Below the pieces are notes generated by a model. It was not told where the DNA came from. It saw only the letters and a list, made by a program, of their open reading frames with translations, and ran no database searches. From Verrucomicrobiales bacterium (GTDB lineage Bacteria > Verrucomicrobiota > Verrucomicrobiia > Verrucomicrobiales > V1-33): a stretch of DNA of 55,939 nt. The DNA is taken from assembly GCA_044239025.1 (NCBI GenBank), contig JBIICE010000003.1, positions 1 to 55,939 of the forward strand, written 5' to 3'. Below are positions 48,075 to 55,939 of the stretch, in pieces. The stretch's first letter is position 1. Each line of letters starts with the position of its first letter. Position numbers and translations under genes: made by a program.

Positions 48075-48923
48075 ATGAACTCTCCGCGCCATCTGCTTCC
48101 TGCCTTTGTGCTGGCTGCTGCCGTGGTGGCGGGATCGTGCCGGAAGGCTCCGCTGGCCGCGTCCGAGGCCGTGGCCGGGCTTCGCCCGGAGGAAGCCGGG
48201 GAGAAGACCACCGAGCCCGGACGTGAGGAACTGGATGGTGCGCTCGCTGCCATCCGCGGGGGTCGGGTCGATGCCGCCATGGCGATGCTGGCTCCGCTGG
48301 CGGAGAGGAGCGGGAGTGGGCCGGCGCTGACCGACGCCCGGAGGATTCTCGGCGAGATTCATCTCGACCGGTTGTTTTCGCGGGTTCCCATGCCGGGGAA
48401 GTACGAGTACACCGTGGGCCGTGCGAAGGGGGATAATCTCCATTCCATAGCCAGCCGTTTCCGTTCCACGGTCACCTTCCTGCAACGGGTCAACCAGCTC
48501 CCTGGCAGTGTCATTCATCCCGGCGACCGTCTGGTGGTTTGTCCGCTGGATTTCACGGTGGAGATTGACCTCCGGGGGAAGCGTGTGACGGTCCGCAGAG
48601 ACGGGAAATTCTTCCGGGACTATGCCGTGAGCGGAGTGGAGCTGCCGATGGCCACGCTGCCGGAGCATGCCGTCGTTGCCGAGACTTCCGGCTGGATCGG
48701 GGATCGCCGCATCCGTCCGGATGCGCCCGAATTCAGCGGGGCGGCGAAGCGGCTGCAGGTGACGGTGGCGGAGGCGGTGACGGTGGTGCTGCGGACGCCG
48801 CCTGATTCCGGGGAAGCCGCCAGCCCATCGTTGTTCCTTGCCGAACCCGATCTCGGGGAGCTGGCCACCCTTATCCGGCCTGGGACGCCCGTGCGTTTTC
48901 GGATCGATTCCCTGCAATCCTGA
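48075..48923 (+). CDS. Lipoprotein with LysM domain and degenerate L,D-transpeptidase-like (YkuD) domain
   Basis: Lipobox VAGSC; YTV..GDNLHSIASRF...LQRVNQL....IHPGDRL (LysM); VEIDL..KRVTV..DGKFFRDYAV...DLGEL..LIRPGTPV. Confidence 0.75.
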   Translation: MNSPRHLLPAFVLAAAVVAGSCRKAPLAASEAVAGLRPEEAGEKTTEPGREELDGALAAIRGGRVDAAMAMLAPLAERSGSGPALTDARRILGEIHLDRLFSRVPMPGKYEYTVGRAKGDNLHSIASRFRSTVTFLQRVNQLPGSVIHPGDRLVVCPLDFTVEIDLRGKRVTVRRDGKFFRDYAVSGVELPMATLPEHAVVAETSGWIGDRRIRPDAPEFSGAAKRLQVTVAEAVTVVLRTPPDSGEAASPSLFLAEPDLGELATLIRPGTPVRFRIDSLQS

Positions 48924-48963
48924 ATTCCCCACTCCTTTCCTTCCCTTCCCTTCCTTACCTGCC

Positions 48964-49926
48964 ATGAAGCACGCACCGCTTGAATTCGAGAAGCCGATAT
49001 TTGCTCTCCAGGAACAGCTTGAGGAGATGCTGCGCCGAAGTTCCGGGCAGGACATCAATCTGGCGAAGGAAGCCGACGCCATCCGCGTGAAGCTCACGGA
49101 ACTCAGGGAGAGCACCTACCGGAATCTGAGCGCTTGGCAGCGGATTCAGATCGCGCGGCATCCGGCGAGGCCCTACATGCTGGATTACGTGGGACAGTGC
49201 TTCACCGACTTCATGGAACTGCATGGCGACCGGCACATTGGGGATGACCATGCCATGCCCGGCGGCTTCGCGCGGCTCGGGGGACGGCGTGTCGTGGTGA
49301 TTGGTCATCAGAAGGGACGCGATACCAAGGAGAATCTGAAACGGAACTTCGGCTGTGCGCATCCCGAAGGTTACCGCAAGGCGATGCGCCTGATGCGGCT
49401 GGCCGAGAAGTTCCGCCTCCCTGTGGTCTCTCTCATCGACACGCCGGGGGCCTATCCCGGCATTCAGGCCGAGGAACGGAACATTGCGGAAAGCATCGCC
49501 TTCAATCTGCGGGAAATGATGACCCTCACGGTGCCGGTGGTGGCGGTGGTGATCGGCGAGGGCGGCAGCGGCGGGGCGTTGGGAATCGGTGTGGCCGACC
49601 GCGTTCTCATGATGGAGAACGCCTACTATTCCGTGATCAGTCCCGAAGGCTGTGCGGCCATCCTCTGGAAAGACCGGAAGCATGCCCCCGAGGCCGCCGA
49701 GGCCCTGCGGATCACGGCCACCGACCTGCTGCAGTTCGGCATCGTGGATGAAGTCATTCCCGAACCGCTCGGCGGGGCGCATTATGACGCCGTGGCGGCC
49801 GCTGCCTCGCTCAAGGCAGCCCTCATCCGCCATCTGGATGCCCTGTCCGGGCTGCCGGCCGGGGAACTCCGCCGCGGCCGTTATGCCAAGTTCCGCAAGT
49901 TCGGAGCTTTTTCGGAAGGTGCCTGA
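48964..49926 (+). CDS. accA: Acetyl-CoA carboxylase carboxyltransferase alpha subunit
   Basis: LEFEKP, ARHPARP, ELHGDR, PEGYRKA, IDTPGAYPG, GEGGSGGAL, SVISPEGCAAILW. Confidence 0.98.
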   Translation: MKHAPLEFEKPIFALQEQLEEMLRRSSGQDINLAKEADAIRVKLTELRESTYRNLSAWQRIQIARHPARPYMLDYVGQCFTDFMELHGDRHIGDDHAMPGGFARLGGRRVVVIGHQKGRDTKENLKRNFGCAHPEGYRKAMRLMRLAEKFRLPVVSLIDTPGAYPGIQAEERNIAESIAFNLREMMTLTVPVVAVVIGEGGSGGALGIGVADRVLMMENAYYSVISPEGCAAILWKDRKHAPEAAEALRITATDLLQFGIVDEVIPEPLGGAHYDAVAAAASLKAALIRHLDALSGLPAGELRRGRYAKFRKFGAFSEGA

Positions 49927-50036
49927 CGCGGACAGCCTGTCTGGCCCTCTGATAACTGTTAGAATGGGGCGCTGCGCCCATTGCGCATCATAAATCTCCC
50001 CAATTCCTGCGGTTACACTAGTTCTAGGGATAGCAG

Positions 50037-50080
50037 ATGATCTGTTTATCATTGACCTTGAGAGCAGTGATCACTATCAG
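50037..50080 (+). promoter_or_regulatory. Candidate sigma70 promoter with palindromic operator sites for the MCO operon
   Basis: TTGACC(50052)-N17-TATCAG(50075) in an AT-rich gap; ATGAT-N6-ATCAT at 50037-50052; AGTGATCACT palindrome at 50066-50075. Confidence 0.4.
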
Positions 50081-50229
50081 GGCGAGTTTTCTTTGAAGTT
50101 CGCGGCCGAGGTTTGTGACCGTTTCCGTGAAAGCAGACGGGGGCACCCATCTCTTGCATGGGGTGGTGCACCGGACTTGTGGGCCCTGTCCTGCGGGCGT
50201 CAGAGATATCCTGATTTCCCTGTATACCC

Positions 50230-53200
50230 ATGAACGCCAGCCGACGAAATTTTCTGCAGACAGCCGCGGCGGGAGTGGCCGCGGCGGCCCATCCACTGAC
50301 TGCTGCCGATCCCTATGCGCCCGCCGAACCGGGTCTCGCGGGCCAGTGGTTTGCGAAAGGGCGGCAGCACATTCTTCCGAAGTGGGCTTTTGATGGGTAT
50401 CGGCCGACTCCCGGGGTGGCGGCCAATCCGGCGCGGTTGCTGGCCTTTCCGGCGACGCCGGCATGGGTGAGCGACGCCCCGTGGACCGCGCAGCGGGGGA
50501 ATGCGCAGGCATTCGGCGATGGAAGCGGGGCGCCCGGGAAGTCCTTTCATGGGATTGCCGCGGAATGGAACGGCGTGCTGATCGGAGGGAATGCGCCTGG
50601 CAAGACCGCGTGGGAAACGATGAAGGAGCGGGTTCTGCCGACAAGGGTATCCGAGTACAAGGCGGGTCCGCTGGACACGGCGAAACGGAACTGGGCGGCC
50701 TATGATGACCGGGTGCGCTGCTACCGGATTCCGGTGCAGGAAGTGCTCGCTCCCCTGCATCCGGAGGCTCCGCATCCGGCGCTGCTGTATGGGTATGCGG
50801 GAATCGTTCCGGGTCCGACCTTCCGATTCCGCCATGGCATGCCGGTGGTGGTTCGTTTCGACAACCAGCTGCAGACCGAGATCTCAGTCCACCATCATGG
50901 CGGACACAATCCGTCGCACAGCGATGGCTTTCCCTCTTTCTACGCGCTGCAGGGAAAAGCCCGGGATTACCTTTATCCCAACATTCTTCCCCTCCGCCAG
51001 AACGAGGGCGATGCGGAAATGGACTATGGCGAAGGCCAGTCCACCACGTGGTACCACGACCATGCGCTGGACGCGACAGCCTTCAACGTGTCGCATGGCC
51101 TGGCGGGCTTCGCACTCTGGTTTGACGAACTGGAGCTGAAGCTGATACGTGATGGCGTGCTGCCTGGCCTTGGGGCGGTTTCGGCTGTCGAGGGCACCAT
51201 TTCCGCGGCGGAGTACAAAGCCTGGGTGGATGGCTGGAAAGAGCTGTACACGGACCGGGGTCCGCTCTCGCTTGAGTGGGCGGCGCTGATGGTGAAGGCC
51301 GGAGTGGTGCCGCGCGAGTCGGCGCTCCCATCATACCGTCCCGCAGCGGGGGACGCGCAGAAGGTGGACGCGGCGGCGCGGGAGGGCACTGGGCGGGGTT
51401 TCTATCACCTGCGGCCCGGGAAGGGTGAGCCGGGGGTGGGCACACCGTACTTCAATCCCTACGACCTGCCCATCGTGCTCCAGGACCGCATCATCAGCCG
51501 GACAACTGGCCAGATTGTGTATGACACGGACGGTCACAACGGCTACATCGGAGACATACAGCTGGCCAATGGCCGCCCATGGCCGGCCTTGCGGGTCAAA
51601 AAGCGGAAGTACCGGCTGCGGCTGCTGGATGGATCGAACGCGCGGATTTACCGGCTGCGGTTTCTGGATGGTCAGACCTTCCGGCTGAAACCCACTCCCG
51701 ACGGCATGCTGGAGCCGGATCGGATACCGGCCGGGACCCTCGAGGCGCGCTCCATGGATTTCTTCCGGATCGGGAAGGATTCGTGGCTGTGGCCCTCGCC
51801 CCGCCGCATGAAGTCGGTCCTGCTGAACATGGCGAACCGGGCGGACGTGGTGGTCGATTTCCGGGAATGGTACGAAAAGGCGAAGGCGGCGGGCCGACTC
51901 AATGCAGACGGTCACGCAGAATATTACCTCGTGAATACCATGCCGCAGTATGACGGGCGTGGTCCCAAGGGACCTCTGGCGGAAGACGCCGGGGACCCTC
52001 AGGTTTTTCCGCTGCCCTTCCAGCTCAATGGAGCCAATCCGGTCACGGCAGCCATGGTGGCGGCTGGGGTGGTTCCGGGTGCACTGCTCGGCGACGGAGC
52101 CGGCGGCCAGATGACAGAACTGGAGCAGCCTGTGGGGCTGATCCGTTTCATCATCGAGGACGATGAGGGAGAGGGACCAGACGCCCCTGAATGGCGCGGG
52201 GAGACGACGCTGCTGCGGCCGCGCCACGCGATCCGGGATGACGAGGTAATGGCGGTGCGGGAATTCGTCTTCGAACGCGGCAAGGGAGCCTGGATGGTAA
52301 ACGCGCGCTTCTACGACCCAACGATTTCGAACGCCAGTCCGGTCATTGGGATCAAGGGTCAGAAATTCCGGGTGCCGGACGGCAGCAAAGAGGAGGCGCA
52401 GCGGGCGGAAAAGGAATCGCTGACCTATGCCGAGGAGTGGATTCTCCGGAATGGTGGCGGTGGCTGGTGGCATCCGATCCACATTCACCTCGAGGGGCAT
52501 CAACTGGTCGGCTACGAAAAGGATTTTCCGGCCGATGGGCTGATTGATGCCGATGGGGTCCTCGGGGCTCCGGCCCAGGCAGCCATGGCTCCACTGCCGG
52601 CATGGCCGGAGCTGGTGGGTCGTTTCGGGCTCGATACGCTGCGTGCACCGCAGATCACCAATCCGATTCGGGACATGCTCATCAATCCGCGTCCGGTCCA
52701 TCTGACCGAGGAATTCCGGAAGCGGAATCCCTCCTTCCGGGTAGCCCTCGCCTCGCCGCATCCGGGAGCATCGCTTTTTCCGGCGCTGCGCGAAGGCGGC
52801 ATCGCTCTTGAACTGGAGAAGGCGGCCGTGCAGCCATGGAGGGCGGCCATCAACCGGATCCTTGATGCGCTCGCCGAATTCAGGAACTCGTGGGCAGGCG
52901 AGATGACCGGGAACCACGACACCCAGGCGCTGGGTCCGAACACGGTGGCGCGGATCCGCATGCGGTTCCGGACGTGGACGGGACCTTTTGTGTTTCACTG
53001 TCACAATGTCGAACACGAGGACATGCGCATGATGTTCAATTTCGAACCGGTCATGCGTCTCACGGGGCCCCAGCCCGGGAGCCGTCCCGTGCAGCCGAAT
53101 AGCCATGATCCCAACGTGGCTCCTGCCGCCCGGACGCATGGCCAGGACGTCACCGACCTTCAGACCAATGCGAATGCCGTTGGTGAAATGCCATGGGAGA

Positions 53201-53301
53201 AGCGCGACGGATTTCCGCATTTCCACGAGGAACCGGTACCCTTCACCCCAGTCGACCGGGTCGCGGACCCGCTCATCAAACCCCGTCCTCAGCAGCAGTA
53301 A
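50230..53301 (+). CDS. Tat-exported multicopper oxidase (bilirubin oxidase/CotA-like), unusually large
   Basis: SRRNFL Tat motif; all four Cu motifs present: HHH (50890), WYHDH (51049), HPIHIH (52471), HCHNVEHEDMRM (52996). Confidence 0.93.
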   Translation: MNASRRNFLQTAAAGVAAAAHPLTAADPYAPAEPGLAGQWFAKGRQHILPKWAFDGYRPTPGVAANPARLLAFPATPAWVSDAPWTAQRGNAQAFGDGSGAPGKSFHGIAAEWNGVLIGGNAPGKTAWETMKERVLPTRVSEYKAGPLDTAKRNWAAYDDRVRCYRIPVQEVLAPLHPEAPHPALLYGYAGIVPGPTFRFRHGMPVVVRFDNQLQTEISVHHHGGHNPSHSDGFPSFYALQGKARDYLYPNILPLRQNEGDAEMDYGEGQSTTWYHDHALDATAFNVSHGLAGFALWFDELELKLIRDGVLPGLGAVSAVEGTISAAEYKAWVDGWKELYTDRGPLSLEWAALMVKAGVVPRESALPSYRPAAGDAQKVDAAAREGTGRGFYHLRPGKGEPGVGTPYFNPYDLPIVLQDRIISRTTGQIVYDTDGHNGYIGDIQLANGRPWPALRVKKRKYRLRLLDGSNARIYRLRFLDGQTFRLKPTPDGMLEPDRIPAGTLEARSMDFFRIGKDSWLWPSPRRMKSVLLNMANRADVVVDFREWYEKAKAAGRLNADGHAEYYLVNTMPQYDGRGPKGPLAEDAGDPQVFPLPFQLNGANPVTAAMVAAGVVPGALLGDGAGGQMTELEQPVGLIRFIIEDDEGEGPDAPEWRGETTLLRPRHAIRDDEVMAVREFVFERGKGAWMVNARFYDPTISNASPVIGIKGQKFRVPDGSKEEAQRAEKESLTYAEEWILRNGGGGWWHPIHIHLEGHQLVGYEKDFPADGLIDADGVLGAPAQAAMAPLPAWPELVGRFGLDTLRAPQITNPIRDMLINPRPVHLTEEFRKRNPSFRVALASPHPGASLFPALREGGIALELEKAAVQPWRAAINRILDALAEFRNSWAGEMTGNHDTQALGPNTVARIRMRFRTWTGPFVFHCHNVEHEDMRMMFNFEPVMRLTGPQPGSRPVQPNSHDPNVAPAARTHGQDVTDLQTNANAVGEMPWEKRDGFPHFHEEPVPFTPVDRVADPLIKPRPQQQ

Positions 53302-53322
53302 ACCGCGACGCTCCGACACCGC

Positions 53323-53940
53323 ATGCAAACGCTCCTCACATCACTGCTGACCGCCCTTGCCGGGGCTGGACAGAAACCCGCGCGGGCACGGCGCTCCGAT
53401 CTTTTTGCGGATACGGAGGTGACCGATCAATTTGGCCGCCGCCATCGCTTCCGCACGGACCTTGTGCGTGACCGGGCCGTGATCATCAACACGATGTTCA
53501 CCGTCTGCCGGGGAAGTTGTCCGGGTACCAGCGAGACGCTGCAGCGTCTGCGGGAACCGCTGGGACGGGTCTTCGGAAAGCGTGTCACTCTGCTGTCGCT
53601 CTCCCTTGATCCAGCGAGGGACAATCCCGAGGTGCTGCGGAAGTATGCCGGGCTTTACGGGGCCGGCGAACCAGCACCGCCTGGGCAGCCTGAATGGCAC
53701 TTTCTGTCGGCGGGAGAGAAAGAGACGGAGGTGCTGCGCCGCTCGCTGGGGTTCTATGATCTGAATGCGCGCATTGATGGAGACATCACGCGGCATGCCG
53801 CGCTCCTGCTGTTTGGGAACGACCGGGCGAACCGATGGTCGACCTCGCCGTCGCAGATCCGCGACGGGCTCATCTGGGAACCGCTGCGGCGAGTCCTTGG
53901 CGACACGCCGGCAGAACGATTCGGGATCGAGGAAGGCTGA
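53323..53940 (+). CDS. SCO1/SenC-family copper chaperone
   Basis: DQFG, FTVCRGSCP (CxxxC), SLSLDPARDNPEVLRKY, WHFL, conserved His (RHAA). Confidence 0.9.
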   Translation: MQTLLTSLLTALAGAGQKPARARRSDLFADTEVTDQFGRRHRFRTDLVRDRAVIINTMFTVCRGSCPGTSETLQRLREPLGRVFGKRVTLLSLSLDPARDNPEVLRKYAGLYGAGEPAPPGQPEWHFLSAGEKETEVLRRSLGFYDLNARIDGDITRHAALLLFGNDRANRWSTSPSQIRDGLIWEPLRRVLGDTPAERFGIEEG

Positions 53941-53958
53941 ACCATTTACGCTGCTGAT

Positions 53959-55939
53959 ATGAAATTTCTGACTTCTGCCGTTCTCCTGTTATTGCTTGGA
54001 CCAGCGGCGGCGCAGCTTCCAGCTGATCAGGTGCGGGCCGCGACCAACAAGGCACACCTTGTGGGACACGAGGACGAGGCACTGCTCGCCCGCATCGAGG
54101 ATGCGCTTGCCACCTGGGATCCGCGCAATCTCACGAGTCCCTACGTTAAGGAAATGCAGACCGACCGCGGGAAGAAGCACGCCCTGCGGCGCCCTGATCT
54201 GGCTGAATTCATCGCAGATCCGGATGCGGCGCTGGCTCTCGGGAAGGCTCTCTTCTGGGAGATGCGCGCGGGCAGCGATTATGGGGCGAGGGGCGTCACC
54301 CAGGCCGGCACGGAAATCGTCTTCGGAACAGCCTGTGCCTCGTGTCACTACCGATTCGGAGCCGATGCCCGGAACCGGAACACATCTGCCATGGCACTGC
54401 AGGCGTGGGAAACCTTTGTTCAGGAACGGAATCTTTCCGCGGACCAGCCCGATGACGTGCCTTTTGCGCAGCGCAGCCGCAAGTATGATCCGGCAGCGGA
54501 TGGCAACGTGAGCCGGAACGCCTGGGAATTCCAGAAGACCGCCAACAGTCACCGCCTTGTCGGCTCGCAGGGAGTCATACTGCGCAAATTCGCTGGCCTC
54601 CGGGCGGATGGCAGTGAGATTTCCGGGCTTCTGCCCGCGACCCCGACGGTCAAGGGATACCGGGATATGTTTGCGGTGGGTGGCGTGGTTTCCCCTGACG
54701 GAGCAAACCGGACGCGGCAGATCACACGGCGCAATTCACCGACGGTCATCAATTCCGTTTTCGCAGACCGCCAGTTTCATGACGGACGAGCGGAATCAAC
54801 CTTCAACGGCTATTCGATCTTCGGGGATTACGACAAGCGGGTCATTCTCAAGAAGGCATCCTTCACGCGGAACGCGGATGGATCGTTCCAGGTGAGTTCC
54901 TTTCATCCTGCGACCGTGGCGATTCCGCTGGCCTCGCTGGCCTCGCAGGCCGTCGGTCCTGTCGTGAACGAGGTCGAGATGTCACACTACGGACGGACCT
55001 TCCATGACCTCGCGGTGAAGCTGCTGGATGCGAGGCCCCTTGCCGATCAGAAGGTAGCGGCGGGGGATTCGCTGCTGGCGGGCTATCTGGGAGGCGATGC
55101 GACGTACCGGCGGCTCATTCAGCAGGCCTTCCGGGCAGAGTGGTGGGCGGATGACGGCGAGACGCCCGCGGAGGGAGGGTTCACTCCTCTGAACCGTTAT
55201 GCCCCGATTGACCGGAGGGATCTGCCGACGCCGGTTCCGGCAGGGAGCAAGGACCGTCTCCTGATCAATAATTTCAGTCTCTTCTGGGGGCTTTCGGTGA
55301 TGCTGTACGAATCGGTACTGGTTTCGAATCAGTCACCGTTCGATGACATGCTGCGGGGCAAGGGGGATTCTGTGGAGGCCACGTGGCGGCGGTACGTGAC
55401 CGCTGAGCTGGCCCGGCTGGATGAGGGAACCCGCGTGGTGCCGGAAGAACCGAGACTCCCGGGAGCCAATGGTGGGGGTACGGAGCATCCGGACGAGGTC
55501 ATCCGGAAGGCTCAGCTGGACAAGCTGATCACGCTGAATGCGCCGCCGGTGCTGACGGGAACGGCCATGTTCCAGCGCGGCCTGCGGGTTTTTGTGCGCA
55601 ACTGTGCCGAGTGCCACGTTCCTCCCTATTTCAGCAATGCGGGTGAGGTGGAACTGGGGCCTGACATTCCGAAACCGATCGCCAAGCTGCACGGTCATGC
55701 GCTGGTGCGGACGTCGCTGGCGGATGCCTTCAAGGAGCGGCTTATTTCCGAGGGCTTCCATCCGGGTGGGGTGACCGACGCCAACCGCGGCGTTCTCGGG
55801 AACCGCCTTTATTTCTTTGATCAGGAGAGGCTCCCGGTCATCACGGGACTGGGGATTCCGCTCATGATCGAGAACATGCCCATCGATGCGGTGATGCCGC
55901 TGTCCTTCAATCAGACGACGCCCCCGCCCCGGCAGCCGC
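53959..55939 (+). CDS. Large diheme cytochrome c peroxidase/MauG-family protein (SACCP/CorB-like), 3' end outside window
   Basis: Not in the ORF track. Open frame from the ATG at 53959 to the window end (~660 aa): signal peptide, LGKALFW, CASCH (54334), RNSPTVIN, QFHDGRA, SLASQAVGP..NEVEMS, NFSLFWG..YE..LVS..SPFD, CAECH (55603). Confidence 0.9.
   Translation, partial: MKFLTSAVLLLLLGPAAAQLPADQVRAATNKAHLVGHEDEALLARIEDALATWDPRNLTSPYVKEMQTDRGKKHALRRPDLAEFIADPDAALALGKALFWEMRAGSDYGARGVTQAGTEIVFGTACASCHYRFGADARNRNTSAMALQAWETFVQERNLSADQPDDVPFAQRSRKYDPAADGNVSRNAWEFQKTANSHRLVGSQGVILRKFAGLRADGSEISGLLPATPTVKGYRDMFAVGGVVSPDGANRTRQITRRNSPTVINSVFADRQFHDGRAESTFNGYSIFGDYDKRVILKKASFTRNADGSFQVSSFHPATVAIPLASLASQAVGPVVNEVEMSHYGRTFHDLAVKLLDARPLADQKVAAGDSLLAGYLGGDATYRRLIQQAFRAEWWADDGETPAEGGFTPLNRYAPIDRRDLPTPVPAGSKDRLLINNFSLFWGLSVMLYESVLVSNQSPFDDMLRGKGDSVEATWRRYVTAELARLDEGTRVVPEEPRLPGANGGGTEHPDEVIRKAQLDKLITLNAPPVLTGTAMFQRGLRVFVRNCAECHVPPYFSNAGEVELGPDIPKPIAKLHGHALVRTSLADAFKERLISEGFHPGGVTDANRGVLGNRLYFFDQERLPVITGLGIPLMIENMPIDAVMPLSFNQTTPPPRQP

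Noticed and set aside
51331-53328. 665-aa minus-strand ORF
   Set aside because: Antisense to the multicopper oxidase.
53989-55774. Small ORFs listed in the last 2 kb
   Set aside because: All overlap the uninterrupted diheme frame starting at 53959, which was omitted from the track only because it has no stop in the window.
1-55939. CRISPR arrays, tRNA/rRNA genes, IS elements, prophage genes
   Set aside because: No regularly spaced repeats, RNA-gene signatures, transposase or integrase motifs were seen by eye. tRNAscan or Infernal would be needed to exclude small RNAs.

Overview
GC-rich bacterial chromosomal window. Gene content and order suggest a PVC organism, probably Verrucomicrobiota; this is an inference. 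Positions 1-17 kb hold a minus-strand surface-polysaccharide locus: a secreted Ala-rich protein, an outer-membrane beta-barrel, an exosortase-like protein that appears to lack its catalytic residues, a TPR protein, Wza, Wzc, a priming sugar transferase, two RfbE-like epimerases, Wzt, a GT-A glycosyltransferase, an FkbM methyltransferase and a GT4. Positions 17-39 kb hold envelope hypotheticals and housekeeping genes: SNase, an internally duplicated 1390-aa membrane protein, GT4, a zincin-like protein lacking HExxH, lspA, an HtrA protease, comF, a ferredoxin, a pseudopilin, yhaN/yhaO, thrS and an EEP phosphatase. Positions 39-45.6 kb are a CzcCBA-type metal-efflux operon with a Cys/His-rich, poly-Pro leader ORF. 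A TPR-redoxin fusion, a LysM/degenerate L,D-transpeptidase and accA follow. The window ends in a three-gene exported redox module: a giant Tat multicopper oxidase, an SCO copper chaperone, and a large diheme CcP/MauG-family protein that is missing from the ORF track, is truncated by the window edge, and has His where the family's inter-heme Trp normally sits. No rRNA, tRNA, CRISPR array or mobile element was recognised. All family calls come from motif reading, not database searches.
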